Positions 55,163 through 63,484 of a stretch of 64,000 bases of DNA are shown piece by piece. The translations under genes and the position numbers were made by a program. The notes beneath the pieces are model-generated. The model made no database searches. It had not been told where the DNA came from and was given only the letters and a program-made list of their open reading frames with translations. The first letter of the stretch is position 1, and every line of letters begins with the position of its first letter. Source of the stretch: an uncultured Bacteroidales bacterium (GTDB lineage: Bacteria; Bacteroidota; Bacteroidia; Bacteroidales; CAYRRV01); contig CAYRRV010000004.1 in the NCBI GenBank assembly GCA_964426725.1, positions 81,391 to 145,390 of the forward strand, written 5' to 3'.

Positions 55163-57814
55163 ATGCACGCTGATGATGTAATTGCCAACAAGACGAAAGA
55201 CCAAGAAAAGAATGAAGAAAAAAATAAAAAGGTGAAAGAAGAGATCAAAACAGACAACAAAAAAATAAAGAACGGACAAAAAGCTTATTCTTATGACGAG
55301 GCAGTAAAAAAATCACTTGAGTATTTTCAAGGTGATGAATTAGCTGCCACGGTATGGGTGAACAAGTACGCTTTAAAAGATTCGTTCGGGCATATTTTTG
55401 AACAAGACCCGGATGATATGCATTGGCGTCTTGCAAGGGAAATAGCCAGAATAGAAAAGAAATACAAGAATCCGCTTCCTGTAGAAAAAGTATATGAATT
55501 ATTTAAAGATTTCCGTTATATTGTACCGCAGGGTAGTCCCATGACCGGGATCGGGAATAAATTTCAGATTGCTTCTCTCTCCAACTGTTTTGTAATTGGA
55601 AGTGATGGTCCTTCTGACAGTTACGGTGCCATCATGAAGATCGATCAGGAACAAGTTCAGTTGATGAAAAGAAGAGGAGGGGTAGGGCACGATTTAAGTC
55701 ATATCAGGCCTTATGGAAGCCCAGTATTGAATAGTGCACTTACCTCAACCGGTGTGGTGCCATTCATGGAAAGATACTCCAATTCTACCCGCGAAGTGGC
55801 CCAGGATGGAAGAAGAGGGGCTCTTATGTTAAGCATTTCCATACAGCATCCTGACGCCGAAAAGTTCATTGATGCAAAACTTGAAAAAGGGAAAGTTACC
55901 GGTGCCAATGTTTCTGTCAGGATTAATGATGAATTCATGCAGGCCGTGGTTGACAACAAACCTTACAAGCAACAGTATCCTATCGACGTGGATAACCCGA
56001 AAGTTGTTAAAGAAATTGACGCGGGAAAATTATGGGGGAAAATTGTGCATAATGCCTGGCGCTCTGCTGAACCGGGAATTCTTTTCTGGGATACCATAAT
56101 CAATGAATCTGTTCCTGACTGTTACGCGGATTTAGGTTATAAAACAGTATCAACCAATCCTTGCGGAGAGATACCACTTTGCCCCTACGATAGCTGCCGT
56201 CTTTTGGCAATCAATCTTTATAGCTACGTGGAAAATCCATTTACACGTAAAGCAATATTTAATTTCGAGCTTTTCCGCCAGCATGTGAAATACGCGCAGC
56301 GCATCATGGATGATATTATTGATCTTGAGCTTGAGAAAATTGATGCAATCCTGGAAAAAATCACCTCTGACCCGGAAGAGGCGGAAATAAAAAGAGTAGA
56401 GAAGAAACTGTGGGATAGCATTCGTATAAAAGCCGAAGAAGGACGTCGCACGGGAATTGGAATCACGGCAGAAGGCGATATGCTTGCTGCCCTGGGGCTA
56501 AGGTATGGAAGTGAAGACGCGGTTGATTTTTCTGAAGAGATACATAAAACCATAGCGATCGAGGCATACAGGGGATCTGTTGAACTGGCAAAAGAAAGAG
56601 GACCTTTCGGCATCTTTGACGCGCATCGTGAAAAAAATAATCCCTTTATTCAACGCCTGAAAAACGAAGATGAACAATTATACAGGGATATGCAAAAATA
56701 TGGTCGCCGTAACATTGCATTACTTACCATTGCTCCTACCGGAACCACCAGCTTAATGACACAGACCACCTCTGGAATCGAACCTGTTTTTCTCCCGGTT
56801 TACAAGCGCAGAAGAAAGGTTAATCCCAATGATAAATCTGCCAGGGTTAACTTTGTAGATGAAGTTGGCGATAGCTGGGAAGAATATAATGTCTTCCACC
56901 ACAAGTTTAAAACATGGTTAGAAATAAATGGATATAATATCGAAGAAGTGAAAAAGATGGGAGATGAGGAAATTGAACAACTAATCAGCCAATCTCCATA
57001 CGCGAAAGCCACTTCTAATGATGTTGACTGGGTTAGCAAAGTGAAAATGCAGGGAAGAATACAAAAATGGGTGGATCACTCGATCAGTGTAACCATTAAT
57101 CTCCCTAATAATGTCTCCGAGGAACTGGTAGGTGAATTATATGTTGCCGGCTGGCAAAGTGGCTGTAAAGGAATTACGGTATACAGGGATGGATCAAGAT
57201 CCGGTGTATTATTATCGGGTAAAGAGAAAAGTGAAGGACAAACGACTCCTAATGTTATTCTACCGGAAAGCATTAAACGACCCAGGGATCTCGATGCCGA
57301 AATAATCCGGTTCAATAACAATTCCGAAAAATGGATAGCTTTCGTGGGAATTAAAAATAATAAACCTTACGAGATATTTACAGGTATCGATGACGAGGAA
57401 ATGTATCCCATTCCTAAATCCATTACCAGGGGTAAAATCATTAAAACAAAAGATGATGACGGTAAAACCCGGTACGATTTCCAGTATGTTGATAAATATG
57501 GCTACAAGAACACGCTGGGTGGGCTTTCCCACATGTTCAATAAAGAATTCTGGAACTATGCAAAACTTATCTCGGGCGTGTTGAGGTATGGTATGCCCAT
57601 ACCCGACGTGGTAAATCTTGTTTCATCGCTCCGGCTTGACAGCGATACCATTAATACCTGGAAAAATGGCGTGGAAAGAGCTTTAAAGAAATATATTCCC
57701 GATGGTACCAAGGCAAAAAAAGGTACCAAATGTGGCAATTGCGGGTCGACATCACTGGTCTACCAGGAAGGGTGCCTTAGCTGTCAGAGCTGCGGTAATA
57801 CAAAGTGCGGGTAA
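55163..57814 (+). CDS. nrdJ: Class II (adenosylcobalamin-dependent) ribonucleotide reductase
   Basis: STNPCGEIPLCPYDSCRLLAINL (active-site Cys loop), TIAPTGTTSL, and a C-terminal Cys-rich tail CGNCGSTSLVYQEGCLSCQSCGNTKCG. 883 aa. Confidence 0.9.
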   Translation: MHADDVIANKTKDQEKNEEKNKKVKEEIKTDNKKIKNGQKAYSYDEAVKKSLEYFQGDELAATVWVNKYALKDSFGHIFEQDPDDMHWRLAREIARIEKKYKNPLPVEKVYELFKDFRYIVPQGSPMTGIGNKFQIASLSNCFVIGSDGPSDSYGAIMKIDQEQVQLMKRRGGVGHDLSHIRPYGSPVLNSALTSTGVVPFMERYSNSTREVAQDGRRGALMLSISIQHPDAEKFIDAKLEKGKVTGANVSVRINDEFMQAVVDNKPYKQQYPIDVDNPKVVKEIDAGKLWGKIVHNAWRSAEPGILFWDTIINESVPDCYADLGYKTVSTNPCGEIPLCPYDSCRLLAINLYSYVENPFTRKAIFNFELFRQHVKYAQRIMDDIIDLELEKIDAILEKITSDPEEAEIKRVEKKLWDSIRIKAEEGRRTGIGITAEGDMLAALGLRYGSEDAVDFSEEIHKTIAIEAYRGSVELAKERGPFGIFDAHREKNNPFIQRLKNEDEQLYRDMQKYGRRNIALLTIAPTGTTSLMTQTTSGIEPVFLPVYKRRRKVNPNDKSARVNFVDEVGDSWEEYNVFHHKFKTWLEINGYNIEEVKKMGDEEIEQLISQSPYAKATSNDVDWVSKVKMQGRIQKWVDHSISVTINLPNNVSEELVGELYVAGWQSGCKGITVYRDGSRSGVLLSGKEKSEGQTTPNVILPESIKRPRDLDAEIIRFNNNSEKWIAFVGIKNNKPYEIFTGIDDEEMYPIPKSITRGKIIKTKDDDGKTRYDFQYVDKYGYKNTLGGLSHMFNKEFWNYAKLISGVLRYGMPIPDVVNLVSSLRLDSDTINTWKNGVERALKKYIPDGTKAKKGTKCGNCGSTSLVYQEGCLSCQSCGNTKCG

Positions 57815-57871
57815 AGATTAAGGTAATTCAGTTCTGAGTAACTGGGTATTATTTCTATGTTGTTTGCTAAG

Positions 57872-57909
57872 AAAAACAGCTACCCTTTAAAAGCGTAGCT
57901 GTTTTTTTA
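57872..57909. terminator. Bidirectional rho-independent terminator between convergent nrdJ and the sulfatase gene
   Basis: AAAAACAGCTAC cctttaaaagc GTAGCTGTTTTT, with an A-run upstream and a T-run downstream. Confidence 0.8.
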
Positions 57910-57955
57910 TTAATCTGGATGATATAATGGATTGAAAAACCGACCTGATTTGGCT

Positions 57956-59389
57956 TTATTCACTTTGTTCAACCAACCAGTATTTTTCTCCATATTTTTC
58001 AGTAAGGTAATCGTAATGACTTTCATCTGCATTTGTTTTTATTACCAGGGATGGAGGTAATTCACCCAAAGCTTCTTTTGCCTTCTCCATTTTCGTGAGC
58101 ATCATCTCCAATGTATCCGGGTAAAGAGCTGCCAGGTTATTTGTCTCACCTGGGTCTTCCTCAAGATTTATTAGCAATTGAGGATGCGGCTCAACGGGTT
58201 CTTTCCATCTTGCACCGGGAAATCCCTCGAAGGGAAGTTTTACCTTCCACTTACCTGAACGGTATGCCCGGAGAATGGCAAGGTCAAAATATAGCAAATC
58301 CTGGTTTTCTCTTTTACCTGTACCAAAAAGAACCCCACTGATATCTTTACCATCAATTACTTTATCCTGGGGTAAATCAGCACCTGTCAGAGTGCAAAAG
58401 GTAGGTAGCCAGTCCATCATGCAAGCCATCTCGTTGGAAACCGTCCCCGGTTTAATTCTGCCTTTCCACATGGCCAATGTAGGGACTCTCATTCCTCCCT
58501 CGAAAGTGTATTGCTTTCCTTCACGCAATATACCACTTGATCCCCCATGTTCCTTCATAACCAGCCAGGGTCCATTATCACTTGAAAATACGACAAGCGT
58601 GTTTTCCAGTATATTCTCCTTTTCGAGTTTTTGAAGTACTTGTCCCACGCTCCAGTCCAATTCCTGAATGACATCTCCATACAATCCTCGTTCTGAAGTA
58701 CCCATGAACTCGGGAGAAGCATATATAGGTACATGCGGCATGTTATGCGCTATATAAAGAAAAAAAGGCCCGGTTTTGTGATTCTCAATGAACCGGAGGG
58801 CTTCATCCGTGTATTTCTTCGTGGTATATTGTTGATTTACATGAAATTCCTCAACTTCATTCCCTCTCATGTACACCACGCTTTCCATATCGTTACTGTA
58901 GGGGATACCAAAATACTCGTCAAATCCATTTTGCAGGGGTAAATATTCCGGCATGTGCCCGAGATGCCATTTACCAACAATACCGGTCGCGTAATCTTTT
59001 CTTTTAAGCAAATCTGCTATGGTAATTTCGTCGGTAGGTAAACCTGTATAACTCTCCGGGAAAAAAACACTATTTATTCCCATTCTCTGGGGATAACGTC
59101 CCGTCATAAGAGCAGCACGCGAAGGACTGCAAACAGGGGAAGCAGAATAAAAAGCATTGAATTGAATACCTTCCCTGGCTAACCTGTCAATATTAGGTGT
59201 TTTGATATCTTTAGCGCCGAAACAACCAATATCGCCATATCCTAAATCATCCGCGTATATAAAGATAATATTGGGTTTATCACCATCATCAATAAATTTT
59301 GATAGGATAGGAAATGGCTTCTGATTTTTCCCGCAACTACCAGCGATTATGGAAACAGAAGCAATGAATATCAAATTTTTGCTGTTCAT
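57956..59389 (-). CDS. Sulfatase (arylsulfatase A family, formylglycine-dependent), likely lipoprotein
   Basis: NIIFIYADDLGYGD, CSPSRAALMTGR (C-x-P-x-R), GKWHLG. Lipobox IAGSCG. The ATG at 59389 gives an ATGA overlap with the GH88 stop. Confidence 0.9.
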   Translation of the reverse strand: MNSKNLIFIASVSIIAGSCGKNQKPFPILSKFIDDGDKPNIIFIYADDLGYGDIGCFGAKDIKTPNIDRLAREGIQFNAFYSASPVCSPSRAALMTGRYPQRMGINSVFFPESYTGLPTDEITIADLLKRKDYATGIVGKWHLGHMPEYLPLQNGFDEYFGIPYSNDMESVVYMRGNEVEEFHVNQQYTTKKYTDEALRFIENHKTGPFFLYIAHNMPHVPIYASPEFMGTSERGLYGDVIQELDWSVGQVLQKLEKENILENTLVVFSSDNGPWLVMKEHGGSSGILREGKQYTFEGGMRVPTLAMWKGRIKPGTVSNEMACMMDWLPTFCTLTGADLPQDKVIDGKDISGVLFGTGKRENQDLLYFDLAILRAYRSGKWKVKLPFEGFPGARWKEPVEPHPQLLINLEEDPGETNNLAALYPDTLEMMLTKMEKAKEALGELPPSLVIKTNADESHYDYLTEKYGEKYWLVEQSE

Positions 59390-60603
59390 TTTGAAGTTAC
59401 TTTTACACAATATGTATCATTTTCAGTTTCTTGTAAGGCTTTTTCCCTGAGAAGAGCTTCAATATAGTAATAGTCGGCATAATTAATTGAATAATCAATT
59501 TCTTTCCCGTGTGGTTTACTGCCAACAGAATGTTTTAAAAGGGCGGGATTTTCATCTCCCGAGAGATAATTTTCAGATAATGAATGGAGCATCTTATTGG
59601 CCATATCCCGGTAATAAAATTGTTCATCAGGGTTGTTAACCAGCGTTGATAACTCGAGAAGGGCCGAGGCGGCAATTGCTGCTGCCGAAGCATCTTTTGG
59701 TTCATCGGGGATATGAGGTGCATCAAAATCCCAATAAGGAACATGATCTTCCGGTAGTCGTTCCAAAAAAGGATTCGCGAGCCTTTTGGCAGTTTCAAGA
59801 AACGCTTCTTCCCCGGTTTCGCGATAAGACATCGTAAATCCATAAATCCCCCATGCCTGTCCCCGGGCCCATGTAGAACTGTCAGAATATCCCTGATGTG
59901 TTATTCCCTGAATAAAATCTCCTGTAGTAGTATCATAATTTACAACATGATAAGTCGTGTTATCATCTCTGATATGATTTTCCATGGTGGTCTTTGCATG
60001 GGTATATGCTATATCATAATACCTTTGTCCTCCCCCGTTTTTTGCTGCCCAAAACAGCAACTCCAGGTTCATCATATTATCGATAATGGTATTATGCGCC
60101 CAATCGCCACGCCCCCAAGGCCACGAAACAATGGTTCCCACGTTAGGATTAAACAGGCGGGTTAATGAATCAGCGGTTTCCAGTAATATTTCCTTATATT
60201 CTTCATTACCCGTGAGTCTATAACCATTACCAAAACTGCAATACATCATGAACCCCAGATCATGATATTTTTTATCCATTTGCTTAACCGGCTCCAGAAT
60301 TGCTGTCCATTTTTTCGCTGTTGATTTCCAGTATTCTTCTTCATTATATTCATACATGTACCACAATATACCGGGGAAAAAGCCGCTGGTCCAATCATAG
60401 ATATTTACCATTTCCCAGGTAGAATCCCCGTGTGGTATGGCTCTTGGCATGAGTGAATCTTCAGGGATTTGGGAAAGAGTCCGCATTACTTGTTCGGTCC
60501 CGTAATCAAGATACTTGCCTGTATCAAGGCATTTTTTCTTTTCTTCCTCGCAAGCAATAAATAAAAAGAAAAAAAGAATAGCTGTAAAAACATTTGTTTT
60601 CAT
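59386..60603 (-). CDS. Glycoside hydrolase family 88 (unsaturated glucuronyl hydrolase)
   Basis: DWTSGFFPGILWYMYEY, HDLGFMM, TIIDNMMNLELLFWA, GYSDSSTWARGQAWGIYGF and YWDFDAP are typical GH88 motifs. Confidence 0.85.
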   Translation of the reverse strand: MKTNVFTAILFFFLFIACEEEKKKCLDTGKYLDYGTEQVMRTLSQIPEDSLMPRAIPHGDSTWEMVNIYDWTSGFFPGILWYMYEYNEEEYWKSTAKKWTAILEPVKQMDKKYHDLGFMMYCSFGNGYRLTGNEEYKEILLETADSLTRLFNPNVGTIVSWPWGRGDWAHNTIIDNMMNLELLFWAAKNGGGQRYYDIAYTHAKTTMENHIRDDNTTYHVVNYDTTTGDFIQGITHQGYSDSSTWARGQAWGIYGFTMSYRETGEEAFLETAKRLANPFLERLPEDHVPYWDFDAPHIPDEPKDASAAAIAASALLELSTLVNNPDEQFYYRDMANKMLHSLSENYLSGDENPALLKHSVGSKPHGKEIDYSINYADYYYIEALLREKALQETENDTYCVKVTSK

Positions 60604-60683
60604 TGTTTTTAATTATTTTAAGTGCCCTAAAAATACTAAAAAAGTTGTAACCTCGTGGAATAATCGTGTCATAAAGTTGAGAT

Positions 60684-60713
60684 AAAAAAACCTGCATTGT
60701 GAAATGCAGGTTT
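60684..60713 (-). terminator. Rho-independent terminator downstream of the OMP gene
   Basis: AAACCTGCATT gtga AATGCAGGTTT (60688-60713). On the minus strand it is followed by a T-run (plus-strand A-run from 60684). Confidence 0.8.
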
Positions 60714-60734
60714 GAAAATAACTTGATTGTTCTT

Positions 60735-61574
60735 TTAGAAGTTAAACATTAGATACAACCCCCCGAATGTAGAGGGTCTGTCGGTGTTGATTCCAAAACC
60801 GGAAGATCCGGGACTATCAAGGATCGTGTACTCGTGAACTTCGGATCCATCCCATTTTTCAAAATCAGAATCTTCCTGGGTAGACCAATTGTAGTAAAAA
60901 GACAGGTTTATTTCGGCGCCTATACAAATTTTTGGCAGAAAATAATACTCAGCACCTGCAAGAATACCTCCTCCTGCAGAAAAGTACAAGCCATTATCTT
61001 CTCTTAACAATCTTCCACCATTGGTATAGCCAAATTGACTCGATGGCAGGGGATTCATTTCAGTTATCGGGTTACCATACGTGTACGCGTACCTTGTACG
61101 GTTTTGATAGTAGGATACCTGGGCACCATAAAACCCAAGTAGTCTGCCATAACCCCTGTATTTTTTATAGGCAGCTCCAAGATTCAAGGTACTACTCATC
61201 GTTTTCCGGGTATCAATTACCTGATCATTACTTAAAGGATCCTGAAACCATGCAGCATCATCGCGCACGTAATAATTATTATTACTTACCGAGTTAGAAA
61301 CATGTAATAAAAGCCTTACTGCAGAGTTGTCTGTAAGAAAATACTTGCCATAAAGGGTTGAACTGCCCAGGTTCAGGGTATTGTTCGTGTTCCCATTAAA
61401 GAAATTACCCAGGTACCTCAAGTAAGGTAACGCGTCAGTTCCAATAGCTATATCTCCTCCCCTCGGAAGGATGGGGGTTCCTTTTTTATTCGTGAGCACG
61501 GTATCTGCACTTTGCGTGAACGTGTCCGGTAAATAAAAAAGAATGATAAAGAAAAATATAAAGGTTTTTTTCAT
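60735..61574 (-). CDS. Outer-membrane beta-barrel protein
   Basis: Signal peptide, alternating-hydrophobic beta-strand pattern rich in Y/G/N, and a C-terminal ...GGLYLMFNF (terminal Phe). Confidence 0.55.
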   Translation of the reverse strand: MKKTFIFFFIILFYLPDTFTQSADTVLTNKKGTPILPRGGDIAIGTDALPYLRYLGNFFNGNTNNTLNLGSSTLYGKYFLTDNSAVRLLLHVSNSVSNNNYYVRDDAAWFQDPLSNDQVIDTRKTMSSTLNLGAAYKKYRGYGRLLGFYGAQVSYYQNRTRYAYTYGNPITEMNPLPSSQFGYTNGGRLLREDNGLYFSAGGGILAGAEYYFLPKICIGAEINLSFYYNWSTQEDSDFEKWDGSEVHEYTILDSPGSSGFGINTDRPSTFGGLYLMFNF

Positions 61575-61591
61575 TTTTGTCGAATTTATTT

Positions 61592-62425
61592 TTATTCTTC
61601 AATAAATACACCTGATCCTGCATCAATTTCCAATTTGTCTTCAGAATCCGGGAACGAACCCAAAGATTGATCTTCTGCCTCATACAGGAAGGGCACCGCT
61701 ACATATTCACCTGTTTCGATATTCCAGGTAACCCTATTCTCTTCAAAGCTATAATCAACCATTATAGTTTGTGAAGCAGGAACAACTACTGTAAATGCCC
61801 CGTTTGCTCCTGTTGTAACTGAGGTAGACCATCCATCAGAATGAAAATTCAGTTCTATGCCGTCTGTCGTTTCTTCCTGTCCGACTATAGTATCATTCAA
61901 CTCTGCAACCAGGTTCCCGGATAATTCAACCATTTTCACGAAATTATCGAAATCATTTGCAGTATAAGATACTTGTATTACTTCCATTTCATTTGAAGTA
62001 ATAGACACGTTGGCAGCATTGGCTTTATATACTTTCGGTACCTGTTCAAAATAGCTCCCGTATTCCTGTACCTGATTATACTCGAAAGGCATGGGTGAAA
62101 TTTTTGCTGTCACGCCATTGTCATCAGCAGGAACCTGAACCATGAAAACCCCGTTCCCGTCAACCATTGTTGTATCCTTCCAACTCCCGTCTGCCGAATT
62201 ATTCAAATCAGAATAATCTACAGAAACGAGGATCTTGGTGCCTTGTGGCGCATATTCTACCCCGGCACTGGTCATGTCCAGTTCGGCAAACACGTATCCT
62301 TTTATTGTTGCCTTTTTCGTGAGATCAACACGAACCGGCGAGGCTTCCTTTTCTTTATCACATGATGTGAATAGCATAATCATGCATCCAATCAACAATG
62401 ACATGCAGAGTCTTAATTGCTTCAT
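61592..62425 (-). CDS. Surface/periplasmic lipoprotein, all-beta (Ig-like repeats), unknown function
   Basis: Lipobox LFTSC. Two similar segments (ATIKGYVFAELD... and NGVFMVQVPADDNGV / NGAFTVVVPASQ). Lies 17 nt upstream of the OMP gene. Confidence 0.5.
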   Translation of the reverse strand: MKQLRLCMSLLIGCMIMLFTSCDKEKEASPVRVDLTKKATIKGYVFAELDMTSAGVEYAPQGTKILVSVDYSDLNNSADGSWKDTTMVDGNGVFMVQVPADDNGVTAKISPMPFEYNQVQEYGSYFEQVPKVYKANAANVSITSNEMEVIQVSYTANDFDNFVKMVELSGNLVAELNDTIVGQEETTDGIELNFHSDGWSTSVTTGANGAFTVVVPASQTIMVDYSFEENRVTWNIETGEYVAVPFLYEAEDQSLGSFPDSEDKLEIDAGSGVFIEE

Positions 62426-62633
62426 TTTTTTAAAGTTTAGTTTAACATAAATATTCAGGGTTTACCATGCAGATTTTAAATGCTGCATCATGATTCTTTT
62501 TGAGGTAATATCGTACCCAGTAGAGGCTATATTGTTTTCTTCATTCGTTTCCCTGTATTTATTTTTCGAAGCGTGGTTTAGAGTTATTTTCGTATCCAAC
62601 TTCCAAACATAATAATAATTTCTATTAATAACT

Positions 62634-62847
62634 AATGTTTCGCACTTGATTAGTCTTTTAATATTCAACCCTTTTAGGGTTGTCTCTCATGTCATTTTTC
62701 ACTCCGGGGCATGTCCCCGTGCTATTCACATTAAAATATTTCAGACTTTTAACCACGAATGTGGTTAAATTGATAAACAATGAATTAGTAACCCTGAAGG
62801 GGATGAAAGTGGTTAATATTAAATCTAATATACAGGTGCGAAACATT
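62634..62847. mobile_element. 214-bp MITE-like or structured element bounded by terminal inverted repeats
   Basis: AATGTTTCGCAC (62634-62645) against GTGCGAAACATT (62836-62847) is a perfect 12-bp repeat. It extends imperfectly to about 35 bp (..CTTG-ATTAG-TTTTAATATT). Internal hairpins: CGGGG-catgt-CCCCG (62705-62719) and TTAACCAC-gaat-GTGGTTAA (62749-62768). Confidence 0.5.
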
Positions 62848-62953
62848 CGTCAATAAGAAATAGCTTCCTTTTAAAATTTTCAATTTTATTTGAACAAGAA
62901 AGCATTTATCCCGGCTACTCCTCCCTGATCATAAGGAGTTAATGTCCTGCATT

Positions 62954-63376
62954 TTACCGGATAAAAAGGCCAAGGAAAATTACTATTCCGAGGCCGGTTA
63001 GAGCAATTATGGTTTCCATTACTGTCCATGACTGAAGTGTCTGTTTTTCTGACAGCCCTGTATATTTCCCGACCAGCCAAAATCCGCTATCGTTAACATG
63101 GGATAGTATGGTAGCTCCTGAAGCGATGGACAATCCGACAAGCGCTTTATAAGGATCTGAATAGCCCATGGTTTCGGATAATGGAGCAATGATTCCAGCC
63201 GGCGTGATCATGGCAACCGTTGAAGAACCCTGTGTTACCCTCACTACTGCCGCGATTATAAACGATAACAAGAGTATATTGATACCGGATCCGGCAAAAA
63301 TCGAAAACAAGTGGGTTGTCCATGAAAAAATGGTATTCGAGTTGTGCCATGGTTCTAAGTAGGACATGATAAACAA
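62954..63376 (-). pseudogene. 5'-truncated remnant of a GntP-family (gluconate:H+ symporter) permease gene
   Basis: IIAAVVRVTQGSSTVAMITPAGIIAPL...SHVNDSGFWLVGKYTGLSEKQTLQSWTVMETIIALTGL matches the C-terminal ~130 aa of GntP permeases, which are about 440 aa. No upstream GntP-like sequence was found in any frame. Confidence 0.6.
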
Positions 63377-63484
63377 TCGGATAAATATAATTTTTAACGA
63401 ACAAGATAAGGTGTAAACCTGTCTCTAAAATAAGGGAAAAATTGCTAATATTAAGGTTTATATAAAATATATACACTACAAGTT

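Noticed and set aside
62462-62846. Two short minus-strand ORFs (68 aa and 62 aa)
   Set aside because: They overlap the inverted-repeat element and AT-rich promoter DNA, give low-complexity translations and have no family resemblance.
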